64,000 nt of DNA from Octopus bimaculoides (lineage: Eukaryota), in assembly GCF_001194135.2 (NCBI RefSeq), contig NC_068982.1, positions 66,083,213 through 66,147,212 on the forward strand, read 5' to 3'. Shown piece by piece: positions 12,646-25,853 of this stretch (within the stretch, counting starts at the first letter, position 1; each line of letters begins with the position of its first letter). The notes below the pieces were generated by a model. It saw only the letters and a list, made by a program, of their open reading frames with translations. It was not told the origin of the DNA and did not search any database. The translations under genes were made by a program, and so were the position numbers.

Positions 12646-13236
12646 GTAAGTATATATTTTCATATATATTTGTCTATCTTCCATTTCTGTTAGGTACCAT
12701 AGAGTGGAAGGTAAATTTGCAAACATGACTGTGTTTATTGCAATTTCATGGTTCCGGTTTCAATCTCAATGTGTGGCACCTTCAGGAAGTGTTTCCCATG
12801 ATAGCCTCAGATTCACCAATACATTGCAAGAAGAAATTGGTAGACAGAAACTGTGTGGAAGCATGTCATATATGTGCATGTAAATCACTAATGTATAATT
12901 GGTAAACATTGTCAACATTGATTAGTAAACTGAAGAAGTGATCATCTTCAAATTAAGTTGTGTACAGTATTTAATTTATTCTACACCAAGTTACAGATAG
13001 TCTTTTGTCAGTTACCATTAGAAATGTAGTGATGCATTGGGTATTGTGTATCTAGAACGAAATTATCCAATGTATTCCTTTTCAAAATAGGTATAATTGA
13101 GGGAGATTTAACTTATTTTAGCAGGCCAGGTAAACATGTAGAACAAGAGTAGTCAAACCCATTACCTGCAGGTTAAATTTCCTCCACTTTCAAATTTGAC
13201 CTACCCACTAATGAAGTCTCTAAAATCTCATATATA

Positions 13237-13750
13237 CGATGGGTACCCAAAAGAAACCAGAATTTTGCAATATTATTTTATTCACTTAGTTTTACATGTT
13301 TATGCGTTTATCTCCTTCAAAGTATTCTCCATTTGAATGCATTGCAATGCATTGGTCCAGATGCATTTGAAGCAGTCCTGGAACTCTTGCAAAGTGATGC
13401 TTTTTAATGCCTCCGTCATTTATTTTTCTTCACCTCTTCCACATCTGCAAAATGTTTTCCTTTAAGGACTTTTTCATTCAGGGGAACAAAAAGAATTGCA
13501 GGAAGCAAGATAGGGTGAATAGAGAAGGTGGGTAAGTGGGGGGGTTGTCATGCCATTTTTGGTCAAAGACTGCCTCACTCTCAAGGCGGTGTGTGCAGGT
13601 GCATTGTCATGATGAAACCACCACTCTCCACTTTGCCACAGTTCAGGGCATTTTTGGGCATCGCAAAAATCAGTAAACAAAGGAGAAGCCCTGTCAAACA
13701 AAGGCACACTATGTGGAAGTATGATTTCACTCAATGCTGCCAGCTGGCAG
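13237..13750 (-). mobile_element. mariner-family transposon remnant
   Basis: TA followed by a cgatgggtacccaaaag terminus; minus-strand WWFHHDNAPAHTALRVRQ and HLLYSPYLASC (decayed HPPYSPDLAP). Confidence 0.8.
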
Positions 13751-15187
13751 ACTGATGCCTGAGGGTCACATTAAGTGGCTTCTAGCGGCAAAAGCCTCAA
13801 CTACTGCAGGCTTTTTTCCAGTTACTTCTGTGTACTCCTCTTATATGAAAAAAAAAAAAAAAAAATATTAGCAATAGAAGCTGTATTAATACCGAATGGC
13901 AATCTTTAAATCCTACTTAAAGATGGCCTAGTTCTCTATCAGTTATTATGCTGAGTGTCCCAGCTGGTTTGATCAACTAAACAGCCTGCTTGTGAAATTA
14001 ACATGCAAGTGGCTGATCACTCCACAGCCATGCGTACTCTTAATGTAATTCTCAGGGAAATTCAGTGTGACTCAGTGTGAATTACAGGTATAACTCATAT
14101 TTGCCAGCTGAGTGGACTGTGATTTCATCAAAAGAACCAGTTTTCTTTTTAACATTTTCGCTTTTTTGCTGAGCAAGAATACATCAGTGAAAGATGCACA
14201 AAATCTCACACACACATATAATGGGCTTCCACATAGTTTCTATCTTCGATATTCTACTCACAAGATATTGATCAACCTAAGACCATAGCAGATGACACTC
14301 ATTCGAATGTCTCACCATGAGATAAAACCTGGAGCCACGTGCTTGCAAAGTGAACTTCTTAGCCTCACAGCCATGCCTGTCTTACAAACTACTAAAAGTT
14401 AAGATGTTCAGTTTTTTTATATTTTTTATCATTGATTACTAAGCAAAACAAAGGAAAAAGTTATTGTTGTTTTTGTCTTTTGCTTTATCAAACTTTTTCT
14501 ACAGTAGGCCTACTTGTTTCAATATTAAGAATGCAGAGCAGCTGTATTGAGTAAATGTTATTTGTCAAATGAAATTAGTCACACACAAACTCCTACATAC
14601 ACACACATAAATGCAATAGAAATACTTTTACACACTTTCTTATACTCTTTTGCTGGTTTCAGTTTTTAGACTGTGGCCATGTTGGAGAACTGCCATTGAA
14701 GGTTTTCAGTTGGTTGCATCAACACAGAACTTAATCTAGTACTCATTTTACAATCCCTTAGGAACTGTAAATTCCACTTGCAATTAACAGACTTACCTCA
14801 GTATGCACACACAAAAGCATAGAAACACTCACTTGCACATGCAAAACTTTCAGGTTTTCCATATACTAAATTGTACTTGCAAGAAATTGGTCCATCTAAG
14901 GTTATGTGCATAAGACACCTGCCAAAGTTGGCATCCATTATGATCAAAGCATGTAATTGCAAAGCAAACTTCTTAGCTATTCATTCATATCTGTATCCTA
15001 AATTATATTATCAAATAATTTCTTCTGTATGTTGTTTGGTATAACAGAAGCAGTGCCATAGCCAGTGATATAAATAAATTCTGAAGTATGGTATTTTATT
15101 GTTGAAAACTATAATAGTTAGAAAGGTGCAAAATATATTTTAATACTAATTATATACTGATTGTTTTCATACTGTTAATATTGGGTT

Positions 15188-15430
15188 GAAGGCACATGGC
15201 CCAGTTGTTAGGGTGTTGCACTCACAATTGCAAAATCATGGTTTCAATTCCTGAACCAAGTAGTGCATTGTGTTCTTGTGCAAAACACTTCATTTCAAGT
15301 TGCTTCACTCCACTTGGCTGTAAATGAGTAACACTGCAATGAGCTGGCATCCTATTCAGAGGAAATGTTGTGATCTCAATCACCTGTACACCATGGAACA
15401 AGGTGACTGGCCCTATGAATCCTAAGACAC
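15188..15430 (+). mobile_element. tRNA-headed SINE
   Basis: gaaggcacatggcccagttgttaggg...ggtttcaattcc head (A/B-box-like); related heads at 38995, 63740 and (reversed) 28897 and 38672. Confidence 0.7.
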
Positions 15431-15537
15431 AACGTAGTTCTTATTATATAATATTGGATCAAGTGATATTTTTATTTTAATGAAATATTGTTTAAAGGAA
15501 ACTTTTATGATTTGTCTTTATTTACTTTCTATTTCAG

Positions 15538-15645
15538 ATGTTTGTGAAAGCTTTTAGGTTTATAGGTCAAGAGCCTTTACTGACAAGTTTTCAAGGTGCT
15601 TTGCCTAAATTACCAATTCCATCTATTGACGACACTATGACACGT
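15538..15645 (+). CDS. CPT1: CPT1 coding exon 4
   Basis: MFVKAFRFIGQEPLLTSFQGALPKLPIPSIDDTMTR (LPxLPxP acyltransferase motif); tttcag / gtaagt. Confidence 0.96.
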
Positions 15646-15746
15646 GTAAGTATATCTTCCAAGTAATACATCTACACTTATCACACTGCCCTGTCAATAG
15701 TCTTTTTTTTATTGTTGTTGTTTCAGTGATAACCTACTAAGGGAGT

Positions 15747-15779
<33 letters not shown>

Positions 15780-16958
15780 AATTTGGTGTTCACTTTTCCA
15801 TGCTTGCATTGGTCAGGTGGAATTTGTGGAAGCAGATTTTCTACAGCCAGATGATCTTCTTGTCATCAACCTTTGGTTTCAGTCTTACTGTGTGTCACTT
15901 TAGACAAATGTCTTCTACTATAGCTCTTGGCCAACCAAAGCCTTGTAAGCAGGTTTAGTTGACAGAAACTGAAAATTCTGTCACGTCGTGTGTGTATGTG
16001 TCTGTGTGTCCTTGTCTTGACATTGTGTGATAATTTTGTCACTGTCATGCAAGTAGTGTTAATTGTTTCCAGTATTCTATGAAAGTATACCCAGTCAAGG
16101 AGAAATATTACGTTGCTTGGAAACAAGAAGGGTATCCATCCATAGAAAATCTGCCTCATCATCCATATTGTTTTCAGCTCCTGCACTAAACACTCCACAG
16201 TTCTCCTTTCCATGGCACCAATGATCAGCTTGCAGTTGTTCAAGAACATTAATTGCATTGGTCTCAGTGGTCTCAGTGGGTCTGTGAAGGACATGACCAC
16301 AGCCCTTTTCTCTCATACTAATCCAACAAAATAATAAAATGCTCCATTTAACTATGGTGTTTACTCATAAATTTATGTACATGTGCCAATGTAAGAAATT
16401 ATTATTATTTGTACTAATTAAAAGTTATCCCAACTCATGTCTATTTATCTTAGGTATAATTGTGTGGTTCATTTTGCAACTGCATATTTTCAAGTTCAAT
16501 CTCACTGCATGGAACCTTGGTCTTCTACCATATATTTGAGTCAGTCAAAGCTTTGTGAGTGAAATTTGGTGGATGAAAACTTTGTGGAAGCCCATTTAAA
16601 AGAACAGTTTCTATTTCTTGGATGATAGGCTTAATCCTCTAAAAACGTTAGCTCTGTCACTGGTCAAAAGATTTCATTGTCATTATTGTAGTTATTAGGC
16701 TGCAAGCTGGCAGAATCATCAGCATAGTAGCATTTCTTCCAGCTTTGTGTTCTGAGTTTAAATGCAGCCAAGATCAACTTTGCCTTTCATCTTTTCAGGG
16801 TTGATAAAATAAGTACCAGTTGATCACTGGGATTGATAATCAACTTTCCCCACTCCCTTCAAAATTGTTGGCTTTGTGCCACAATTAGAAAAAGTTACAG
16901 AAGTTAGTTTCAGTATTGTAATATACTATAAATCTAATAAGTTGGTATTCTTTGACAG

Positions 16959-17096
16959 TATCTTCGTTCTGTAAAACCATTATTGGACAAGGAGAACTAT
17001 GACCGAATGGAAAAACTGGCACTTGACTTCAAAAGTGGTGTAGCAAAGAAATTACAGCGTTACCTCATCCTCAAGTCCTGGTGGGCTTCAAATTAT
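16959..17096 (+). CDS. CPT1: CPT1 coding exon 5
   Basis: [46 protein letters not shown]; tgacag / gtatgt. Confidence 0.97.
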
Positions 17097-18296
17097 GTAT
17101 GTATTTTGTTTTATTCTGTTTTATTTTTAACATTGAGATGGTAGTTTACCTGGAAAGAAAGAATGCAATTATTAATGTATTGAGATTATTGCATGCAAGA
17201 TTTCAGATCTCTAGCATCACTCTTTCATAGTCTATGAACTTTTTAGCTCACCCTTGTAATCTAGTACTGAAACAAAGCAATTTCAAATTCAGTTTGTACT
17301 TTGACTTAAATCATACTCAAGTAATTCATCTTTATTACCTCTGCCTTAGCAAAGATAGAGATATTGTTTTCAGTTGTGTTTGTTTGTTTGTTTGTTTGAC
17401 CATGGACAAGATATCTCAAGAACTGCTGGACGGATTCGGATGAAACTTTCAGGGATGTTTGGTCTTGTGACTGGCACAAACTGATTAGATTTTGCGATTG
17501 ATCCAGTACTAGACAAGAATTCTGGATTATTTTTCCGCTTTTTTTACTTAATTTTTGAGAGCGGTCGGGTTCATCTTTAGTATTCTCGTTTGTGAGAGCA
17601 GTTGAGTTTATTTAAGATATTCTCATTTTAAAAATCATCTCTGGCTAATCGTTGAGAGGATGTTGATGTTGCCTTGGTGGAGGTTTGCACTCTCTGAGTG
17701 CTCTTGTTTGTATTATTCTGTTGTACAAACATCTTGGTCAGTTTTACACAATATTTTAATAGGCCACTGTTTGGCTTGTATGTATATATTTTGGCACAGA
17801 GCACACACCTTTTCAAATGGTCAAAATGTCTGCTTCACAATTGTAAGATCCCAGGTTTGGATCCACTGCATGGTACCTCAGAAAATATATTCTACCGTAA
17901 GCTTGTATTGTCTAAGGCTTTGTGAGTGGAACTGAATCGGCAGAAACCATCTGAAACCTATCTGGCAAGTTGCAGCCATAATTCAAAGGAATGTGTGGAT
18001 CTAATCTTAATTGCTATTTGGAAATGATGACACATCCTCCAGAGGTAGAGGTAATCTTTGGATTTCTTTTGCCACAATCCTAGCAGTAATGTTCATTACT
18101 TCCACTTCAGGTCTTACTTTAATTGTAGTTAGGCTTCTGAGTGAAATAAAAGTGACAGCTTTTCCTTTTTTTTTTTTTTTTTTTTCACTGCCAAATTATA
18201 CAGAAAATATTGTGAATTGTGCCAGTTGTCTTGCTTAACCAAATGAAGCAAATGTAAAAGTAAATGATTTTCAAATGTAATCTTCTCTTCTTGCAG

Positions 18297-18374
18297 GTTT
18301 CTGATTGGTGGGAAGAATATGTCTATCTTCGGGGACGTTCTCCAATTATGGTCAACAGTAATTTCTATGGAGTT
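18297..18374 (+). CDS. CPT1: CPT1 coding exon 6
   Basis: [26 protein letters not shown]; ttgcag / gtaagt. Confidence 0.97.
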
Positions 18375-18922
18375 GTAAGTAAATTTTTATTTTTTGGTGC
18401 TAGTGGAGGCTAAAACACCTTGGGTGCTTTCAACAGAGTCCACTCAGTTGCAGGCATTCAGGACAGGTTACTAATTTGTGGATGTCTTCCTTCTGACTAA
18501 AAGATTTAAAATAAACACTCAGACAATTTTGTAAAGTAAAACTAAACTAATTGAATCTTCCTCAGTATATTATTTCTTCTCATCAAGCTAGTGAAGGAGT
18601 GTCTATATGGTCACTTGACATGCTAGAAACTGCAACCAAATTTCCTTAAAATTTGCTTATTGAATCATACTGTATTGAATGCAGTCTGAAAAAAAATGGC
18701 TGCTTCGAGTTTGGTGCTTTTGATCATAGGCCTGCTTCATTAAAACTAAACTGGGGCTAATTAACAATTGGAACTTATTTTTAATTACCCTATGAGACAA
18801 AAGGCAACGTTGACTCTGGTAATGAATTCAGATCTTAGAACAACAAAACTACTATAACACATCAAGTCTAATGAAATAATTGTATTCTCAAACACAGGAT
18901 AATGCTAATAACAGACTAAACC

Positions 18923-19088
18923 AGGCACAGGAGTGGCTGTGTGGTAAGTAGCTTGCTTACCAACCACATGGTTCTGGGTTCAGTTCCACTGCGTGGCACC
19001 TTGGGCAAGTGTCTTCTACTATAGCCTTGGGCTGACCAAAGCCTTGTGAATGGATTTGGTAGATGGAAACTGAAAGAAGCCCATCATA

Positions 19089-19135
<47 letters not shown>

Positions 19136-19351
19136 ATATGTTTGTGTGTCTGTGTTTGTCCCCCCAACATCGCTTGACAACCGATGCTGGTGTGTTTACG
19201 TCCCCATAACTTAGCAGTTCGGCAAAAGAGACCGATAGAATTAGTACTAGGCTTACAAAGAATAAGTCCTAGGGTCGATTTGCTCAACTTAAGGTGGTGC
19301 TCCAGCATGGCTGCAGTCAAATGACTGAAACAAGTAAAAAGAGTAAAGAGA
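18923..19351 (+). mobile_element. Full-length tRNA-headed SINE family A with central (TA)n and tail module B
   Basis: ggagtggctgtgtggtaag...gggttcagttcc head, gcaagtgtcttctactatagcc core, gactgaaacaagtaaaaagagtaaagag tail; at least 12 further partial copies in the window in both orientations. Confidence 0.85.
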
Positions 19352-20314
19352 ATATAGCATGAACAGGATAAACTATCCATATTTTGCAGGAGAATACAAT
19401 TATTTCCTTATCTGTATCTTTCAATACATCTCAACGCTTCTAAAGCAAACTTTGTTGACTTTCAATGTAAGTTGAATTCAGCATCATGACTAATGTTCTA
19501 TGAATTCATCTCACCGTTTATTCTGATCTTATCAACAACTACATTACCCAATGTCTCCTTTCTACTTATAATATAGTAGGATTAATTTGGGAGAGATTTA
19601 GCTGTTGTTTCTGTTTAGGGCATCTCTCATTGGCTTAATTGTCCTTCATTTTGTATCATAAAATTGTGTGGTATACTGGAATTTATTCCAGTTTTCAAAG
19701 CATGAAGCAAAGAATGCCAGTGTATCACAGTAATTTTTAAGTAAAGGTTTGGCATTATTCCTGCAACCCTAACAAGACACAGTTCTACAGGTTACAATAA
19801 TAAGCAAATCCTCCTTTTGTTACTTCTTCTATTGGTAAACAGACTAAACCATTTAAAAACCAATTGGCTCAGTTAAATAGAGCATTGTGGTTAAAATACA
19901 CTTCAAGTTCAATACAAATTTTTTGCAGTAAACTGTTGATTGGCTCATTGGACACTTCATTGAGCTCATATATCTAATGAAGATATTGGTTATGAAGTAT
20001 GTAATATTCTAACTTATTTTGGCACAAAACCAACAGTTTTGAGAAGAGGGGGCAAGTCAGTTACATCAATCATACTTATTTTATCAACCCTTGAAAGGAT
20101 AAAAGGCAAAGTTAGCCTTAGTGGAATTTGAACTCAGAAATGCTGCTAAGCATTTTGTTCATTGCAATAATGATTCTGCCGACTTGTTGCCTTATGAATG
20201 CATAAATATAAAAAAGAAAGAAAAAACAGGTACAAAATTTACTATTAGCTATTGGATGTAATTTTTGCAACCTTTTAATATTAAAGTTAATCAAATGAAA
20301 TTTTTACATTGTAG

Positions 20315-20422
20315 GATGCTGTCTTAATACAGCACACTCCTATTCAAGTGGCTCGTGCTGCTAACCTCATCTATGCTATGTTGCTTTATCGTAGAACATT
20401 GGAAAGGCAGGAGTTAAAACCA
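20315..20422 (+). CDS. CPT1: CPT1 coding exon 7
   Basis: DAVLIQHTPIQVARAANLIYAMLLYRRTLERQELKP; ttgtag / gtaagt. Confidence 0.96.
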
Positions 20423-21163
20423 GTAAGTTGTTCATTATTTACATTTGATGGATATTTGTCCTCATCTTATTTGTTGTTAACACAATGTTTCAGCTGATGT
20501 ACCCTCCAGCCTTCATCAGGTATTTTGGGGAAATTTCAAACCTGGGCTCTCATTCCTAAGGTATTTTTCAATGTTATTATTATTATTATTCAGGTCACTG
20601 CCTGAAATTGAACTCAGAATCTTGGGGTTAGTAGCCCGTGCTCTTAAACACTATGCCATACGCCTGTTGTAAATATTCTTGCTTTTTATCTTGACCTTAT
20701 TTGTACTCGTTAAATTCCAGAGAAATGGCCTGGCACTCTGTCGGTTATGATGATGAGTTGATTCAACCACTGGAACAACCTGCTTATAAAATTAACATGC
20801 AAATGGCTGAGTGCTCCACAAACATGTGTATCCTTAACATAGTTCTCATGGAGTTTGAGCATTATACAAAATATGACAAAGCTGGCCCTTTGATTTGTCA
20901 GTTTAGATCTTGTGNNNNNNNNNNNNNNNNNNNNNNNNNNNNNNNNNNNNNNNNNNNNNNNNNNNNNNNNNNNNNNNNNNNNNNNNNNNNNNNNNNNNNN
21001 NNNNNNNNNNNNNNNNNNNNNNNNNNNNNNNNNNNNNNNNNNNNNNNNNNNNNNNNNNNNNNNNNNNNNNNNNNNNNNNNNNNNNNNNNNNNNNNNNNNN
21101 NNNNNNNNNNNNNNNNNNNNNNNNNNNNNNNNNNNNNNNNNNNNNNNNNNNNNNNNNNNNNNN

Positions 21164-21204
<41 letters not shown>

Positions 21205-22364
21205 TTTATGTAATAGTTTGATTCATAATGATATTATGTAACCCTTACCAAATGTGTTGAGTGCCACTTTCTTTCATTTGTCCATTCACTCATATTTATG
21301 AGTGTGTGTATGTACAATTCGATGTACAACTGCTACTGTTGAGTTTAGAGTTTCATGAAACTTATCATCATACAGTAGTGGTTTGGTTGCCCCTATACTT
21401 AATAGTAATTTTGGTTATGACTTAGAGAGTGAATGTGATCAAGCCTCCAATTGTTCTTGGAATGTTCCAATACAGAAGTTCCAAACAACAACAATGAATT
21501 GTCCATAGAGAACAAATGATATAAACTTGTGTTTTTCAAAATTTCTAGTGTGTGTGTGTGTGTGTGTGAGTGAAAGAGAAAGTGATAGGTAAGCTAAATT
21601 GAATAGTATTCCATATTTAGTTACTTGGAGGAAGAAAGGAGATAATGTGTGTTTCCTACGTAATACAACCCAACCTTAATATACCATTGCTGGTATGTTT
21701 TGGCCAGTGCTAATAATACCACTTCCATTATAAATGCTTCGCCTGTTTTGACTAACCACCATGTGTAAGAATTTCATACATGAGAAATTTTTATGTAAGA
21801 CGTTTTGCGTTAATCTAAGCAGGTCATGTTTACTCTAAAAAAAAACTTCAAGTCAAATATGATTTCTTGATGATGACTCTAAAAAGTTCCAAGTTCAAAA
21901 TCATTAGTTCTGTTGCAAGTCATTTATTTCACAAGTTTAACCCTTTAGCATTTAAATCAGCCATATCCGGCCCAAATATTCTTCTTGTTTTATGCTCAAG
22001 CCAGCTAGATCTGGCTTCTCACACTTACCTTGCTATGTCATTCTGAAAATAAACAATCACATCATCAACATCTCAAAGTTACAAGATAATGCATTGATTA
22101 ATTTAAAACAATCTGAATGAATAAGTATTACATTTGACTGAAATATCTGAATGCTAAAGGGTTAAATTGGGAAATTTACTTACTTCATTAATATAGTTTC
22201 TAACAAAGCAATAAAATATGATGCACAGTAAAATTTGTCTAAAATGGAAGTTTAGTGTTATACACAAACAAAAGTTTGAATATTTCGTTTAAAGGATAAT
22301 TGTTTTATGTGAATGTTGTCAAATATATGGACCTATGATCATACTATATATTTTCCTTTTGTAG

Positions 22365-22449
22365 ATTTTTGTGAATAAAATCATCCCTCTTTGTTCATCT
22401 CAGTATGAAAGACAATTTAATACAACAAGAATTCCTGGCATTGAAACTG
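22365..22449 (+). CDS. CPT1: CPT1 coding exon 8
   Basis: [28 protein letters not shown]+G; ttgtag / gtaaga; ends in phase 1. Confidence 0.97.
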
Positions 22450-22506
22450 GTAAGAGCTAAGAAACATTTGTAATAATCTACATCTTACCTCAATGATTTT
22501 TTTGTG

Positions 22507-23448
22507 TACTCTTACTCTTTACTCTTCTACTTGTTTCAGTCATTTGACTGTGGCCATGCTGGAGCACCACCTTTAGTCGAGCAAATCGACCCCAGGACTT
22601 ATTCTTTGTAAGCCTCGTACTTATTCTATTGGTCTCTTTTGCCGAACCGCTAAGTTACGGGTACATAAACACACTAGCATCGGTTGTCAAGTAATGTTGG
22701 GAGACAAACACACACACACACACACATATATTTCATCATCATCGTTTAACGTCTGCTTCCCATGCTAGCATGGGTTAGACGATTTGACTGAGGACTGGTG
22801 GACCAGATGGCTACACCAGGCTCCAATCTGATTTGGCAGAGTTTCTACAGCTGGATGCCCTTCCTAACGCCAACCACTCAGAGAGTGTAGTGGGTGCTTT
22901 TACATGCCACCGGCACGAAGGCCAGTCAGGAAGTACTGGCAACGGCCACGCTCGAAATGGTGTATTTTACGTGCCACCTGCACAGGAGCCAGTCCAGCAG
23001 TGTGTACAAATAAGTTACAGTACACTCAAATGCATAACAACTTGAAATCTTTGGGATTTGGACTTACTATGGTGTTTTGTCTCAGGTTCATCTCTGTATA
23101 ACATCCAACAGTAGCCAGCTAACATTCCTGCATTCCAAAATCCTTGATATCATTGTTCCATCGATGCAATATCTTGATGAAAGCGTTCCCTTGCTCATCA
23201 GACACTGCTCCAAGGTTCTCTGCAAAAAAAGTCCATACATATATACATACATATATACATACATATATACATACATACATATATACGATGGGCTTCTTCC
23301 AGTTTCCGTCTACCAAATCCACTCACAAGCCTTTGGTCAGCTTGAGGCTATAGTAGAAGACACTTGCCCAAGGTGCCACACAGTGGGTCTGAACCCGGAA
23401 CCATGTGGTTCATAAGCAAGCTACTTACCACGCAGCCACTCCTACGCC
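22507..23448 (-). mobile_element. SINE family A copy split by a nested family C insertion
   Basis: Tail 22507-22720 and head 23286-23448 are the reverse complement of 18923-19351; family C occupies 22733-23000. Confidence 0.8.
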
Positions 23449-23551
23449 ATTATTGACATTGTCTTCAATATTTTACATTTAATGTTATTAGACAACAGCT
23501 CTGAGTTGACAGATATAGAGCTAATTATCAGCAGGTATTGAAATATATTTT

Positions 23552-23975
23552 GGTGCAGATGTGGCTGTGTGGAAGTGCAGGTATAGCTGTGTGGTAAGAA
23601 GTTTCCTTCCTAACCACATGGTTCTGGGTTCAGTCCCATTGTGTAGCACCTTGGGCAAATGTCTTCTACTGTATCCACTCACAATACCTTGTGAATGGAA
23701 TTGATTGACAGAAACTGAAAGGAGCCAGTTGTATGTGTATGTATGTTTGTGTCTCTTTGCCATGACATCTTGCGATAGTTGTAAAATGATTGTTATCATC
23801 AGACAAGCAGTGTCATTCATTCCTATATTCTCTGAGAACATGTTTGGCCATGGGGAAATATTACCTTGCTTGGAAACAGGTGAGGGTTGGTGACATCTGG
23901 CTGCTAAAAATCTGCCTTATTAAACTTCATCTGATTCATGTAGGTATGGAAAAATGAACATTAAAATGATGATGA
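23552..23975 (+). mobile_element. SINE family A copy with alternative tail
   Basis: gtgtggtaagaagtttccttcctaaccacatggttctgggttcagtccc head; tail ends aaaatgatgatgatgat. Confidence 0.8.
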
Positions 23976-24575
23976 TGATAATGAGTTAGCTAAGAACAAA
24001 CCAATATACTTTATATTTGTTGATTTATAGAAAACCTCTGATAGAGTTTCATCTAACTAGTTAGAAACTGGTTGTAGGTGAATGGTTTATGAAAACTGAA
24101 AACTTTGTTTGAAGATTAAAGTTGTCATTGACTTTGATGGGAAATCGGATGTACAGGAAGGTACCATCCCTTCTGTTCATTGTATTCCTTGTGTCAGAAA
24201 CTAGTTCAGGACTAGTTGACTTTAAGAACCTTTGTGACTTGGTTCTCATAGCAGAAATTCAAAACTGGGAAGAATGGCCTAGAATCTAGTGTCCTGATGG
24301 TCAACATAGTAAAGATCAAATAACACCCTACCATTTGAAAAAAAGAAGTATGCATTAAACTATGTAGTCCAAGATATACAAAAAGACTAGCTTATCACAT
24401 ATGGAATCCCTTTGATCATAAGTATGCTCTGACATATCTGAACTTGAACTAAACAAAGCAACCATCACTACTAGATTGGTATTCCCATCAGTCAACCAGC
24501 TGCATCTTTCCTATAATTATGAAACTTTTAAGTTACAATTATTAATGCACTCATTATACTATTTTCCTCTTTCAG

Positions 24576-24690
24576 ATACCCTTGTTCATTACAAAGACAG
24601 CAATCACATTGCTGTCTATCACAAAGGTAGATTCTATAAAGTGTATATTCGTCATGGAGGAAGACTACTAACACCCAAAGAGATAGAAGT
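24576..24690 (+). CDS. CPT1: CPT1 coding exon 9
   Basis: AT+TLVHYKDSNHIAVYHKGRFYKVYIRHGGRLLTPKEIE+GT; tttcag / gtgagt. Confidence 0.96.
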
Positions 24691-24761
24691 GTGAGTGGTT
24701 CTTTTTAGCTTCTTTCTGACATTTCCTTGTCTGTACACTTATACTGAAAATTTTCTTCAAA

Positions 24762-25025
24762 CGAGGTGCATTCAAAAAATATCTGACCTTTGGATATAAA
24801 AAAAAAACAATTTTGTACGTTTCACAAATATTTAATCACCTTTAAAGTACTCCCCTTGAGAGTTCATACATTTCTCCCAGTGGTTCTACCACTGCCGGTA
24901 ACACCTTTGGAACACCTTCTCTGGAATGCTATGGAGTTCTGCCATTGCTTTTCTCATAATTTCCTCTCATGACTCAAATCGATTACCTTTCAGCATGGTT
25001 TTCAATTTGAGGAAAAGCCTACGGT
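24762..25025 (-). mobile_element. mariner 3' fragment
   Basis: cgaggtgcattcaaaaaatatc terminus; minus-strand LKLKTMLKGNRFES*EEIMRKAMAELHSIPEK. Confidence 0.7.
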
Positions 25026-25484
25026 ATGCAGGGAAAAATAGTCAGATACTTTTTGAGAAGCATCTCATATAGTTGAGAGATGTACTTACCTGGCAAATGA
25101 TTTGATCTAGGACTGTATGTTGAAACTAAAATAGTTACAACATGGAAGACTCATATTAACCATTCAAAAACACAAAAACTGTAACCTCACTGAATTCAGT
25201 GGAACTGTGTCAGTGATCCAGTCACAGTTGGTGTGACAAAAACTTCAACAACAAATAATAAATGTTTAAGTAAAGTGAACAGCCTTTGTGTGTTTTTAAA
25301 TGGCTATGTGTTTTCCATGCTGTAATTGTCTCATCCTATATGCACATCTCCAATGGCACTCTCTATCATAACATTTTTTAAATGCTACATGGAAAAAATG
25401 GAAAAGTTCAAAATATTGAATTCTCAAAAAGCCATAAAACACATCATGTTCTGAATTGTTCATATATGTATATATGTGTGTGTT

Positions 25485-25557
<73 letters not shown>

Positions 25558-25696
25558 CACACACACATATATGTAAATGTTTCAGTGTTTGTAAAAAAAA
25601 TAACCATTTGTCATTATTTATATTTTTATTTTTAATAAACTTTGACATATAATGTGACAGAATCTGAGTATTTAGAAGGTAATGTTTTTATTCTAG

Positions 25697-25853
25697 ATCG
25701 CTACAGAAAATAGTTTCTGACAGAACTGATCCATGTCCTGGTGAGATGCATTTAGCAGCACTCACAGCTAGTGATAGAGTCAGTTGGGCAAAGGCTCGTC
25801 AAACTTTTTTCAACAAAGGCAAAAACAAAACTTCATTAGATGCTATTGAAAAG
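25697..25853 (+). CDS. CPT1: CPT1 coding exon 10
   Basis: A+[52 protein letters not shown]; ttctag / gtcagt. Confidence 0.96.

Noticed and set aside
25083-25095. tacttacctggca resembling the U1 snRNA 5' end
   Set aside because: The match stops after 13 nt, with no stem-loop I or Sm site; compatible with chance or a reversed splice-donor-like motif.
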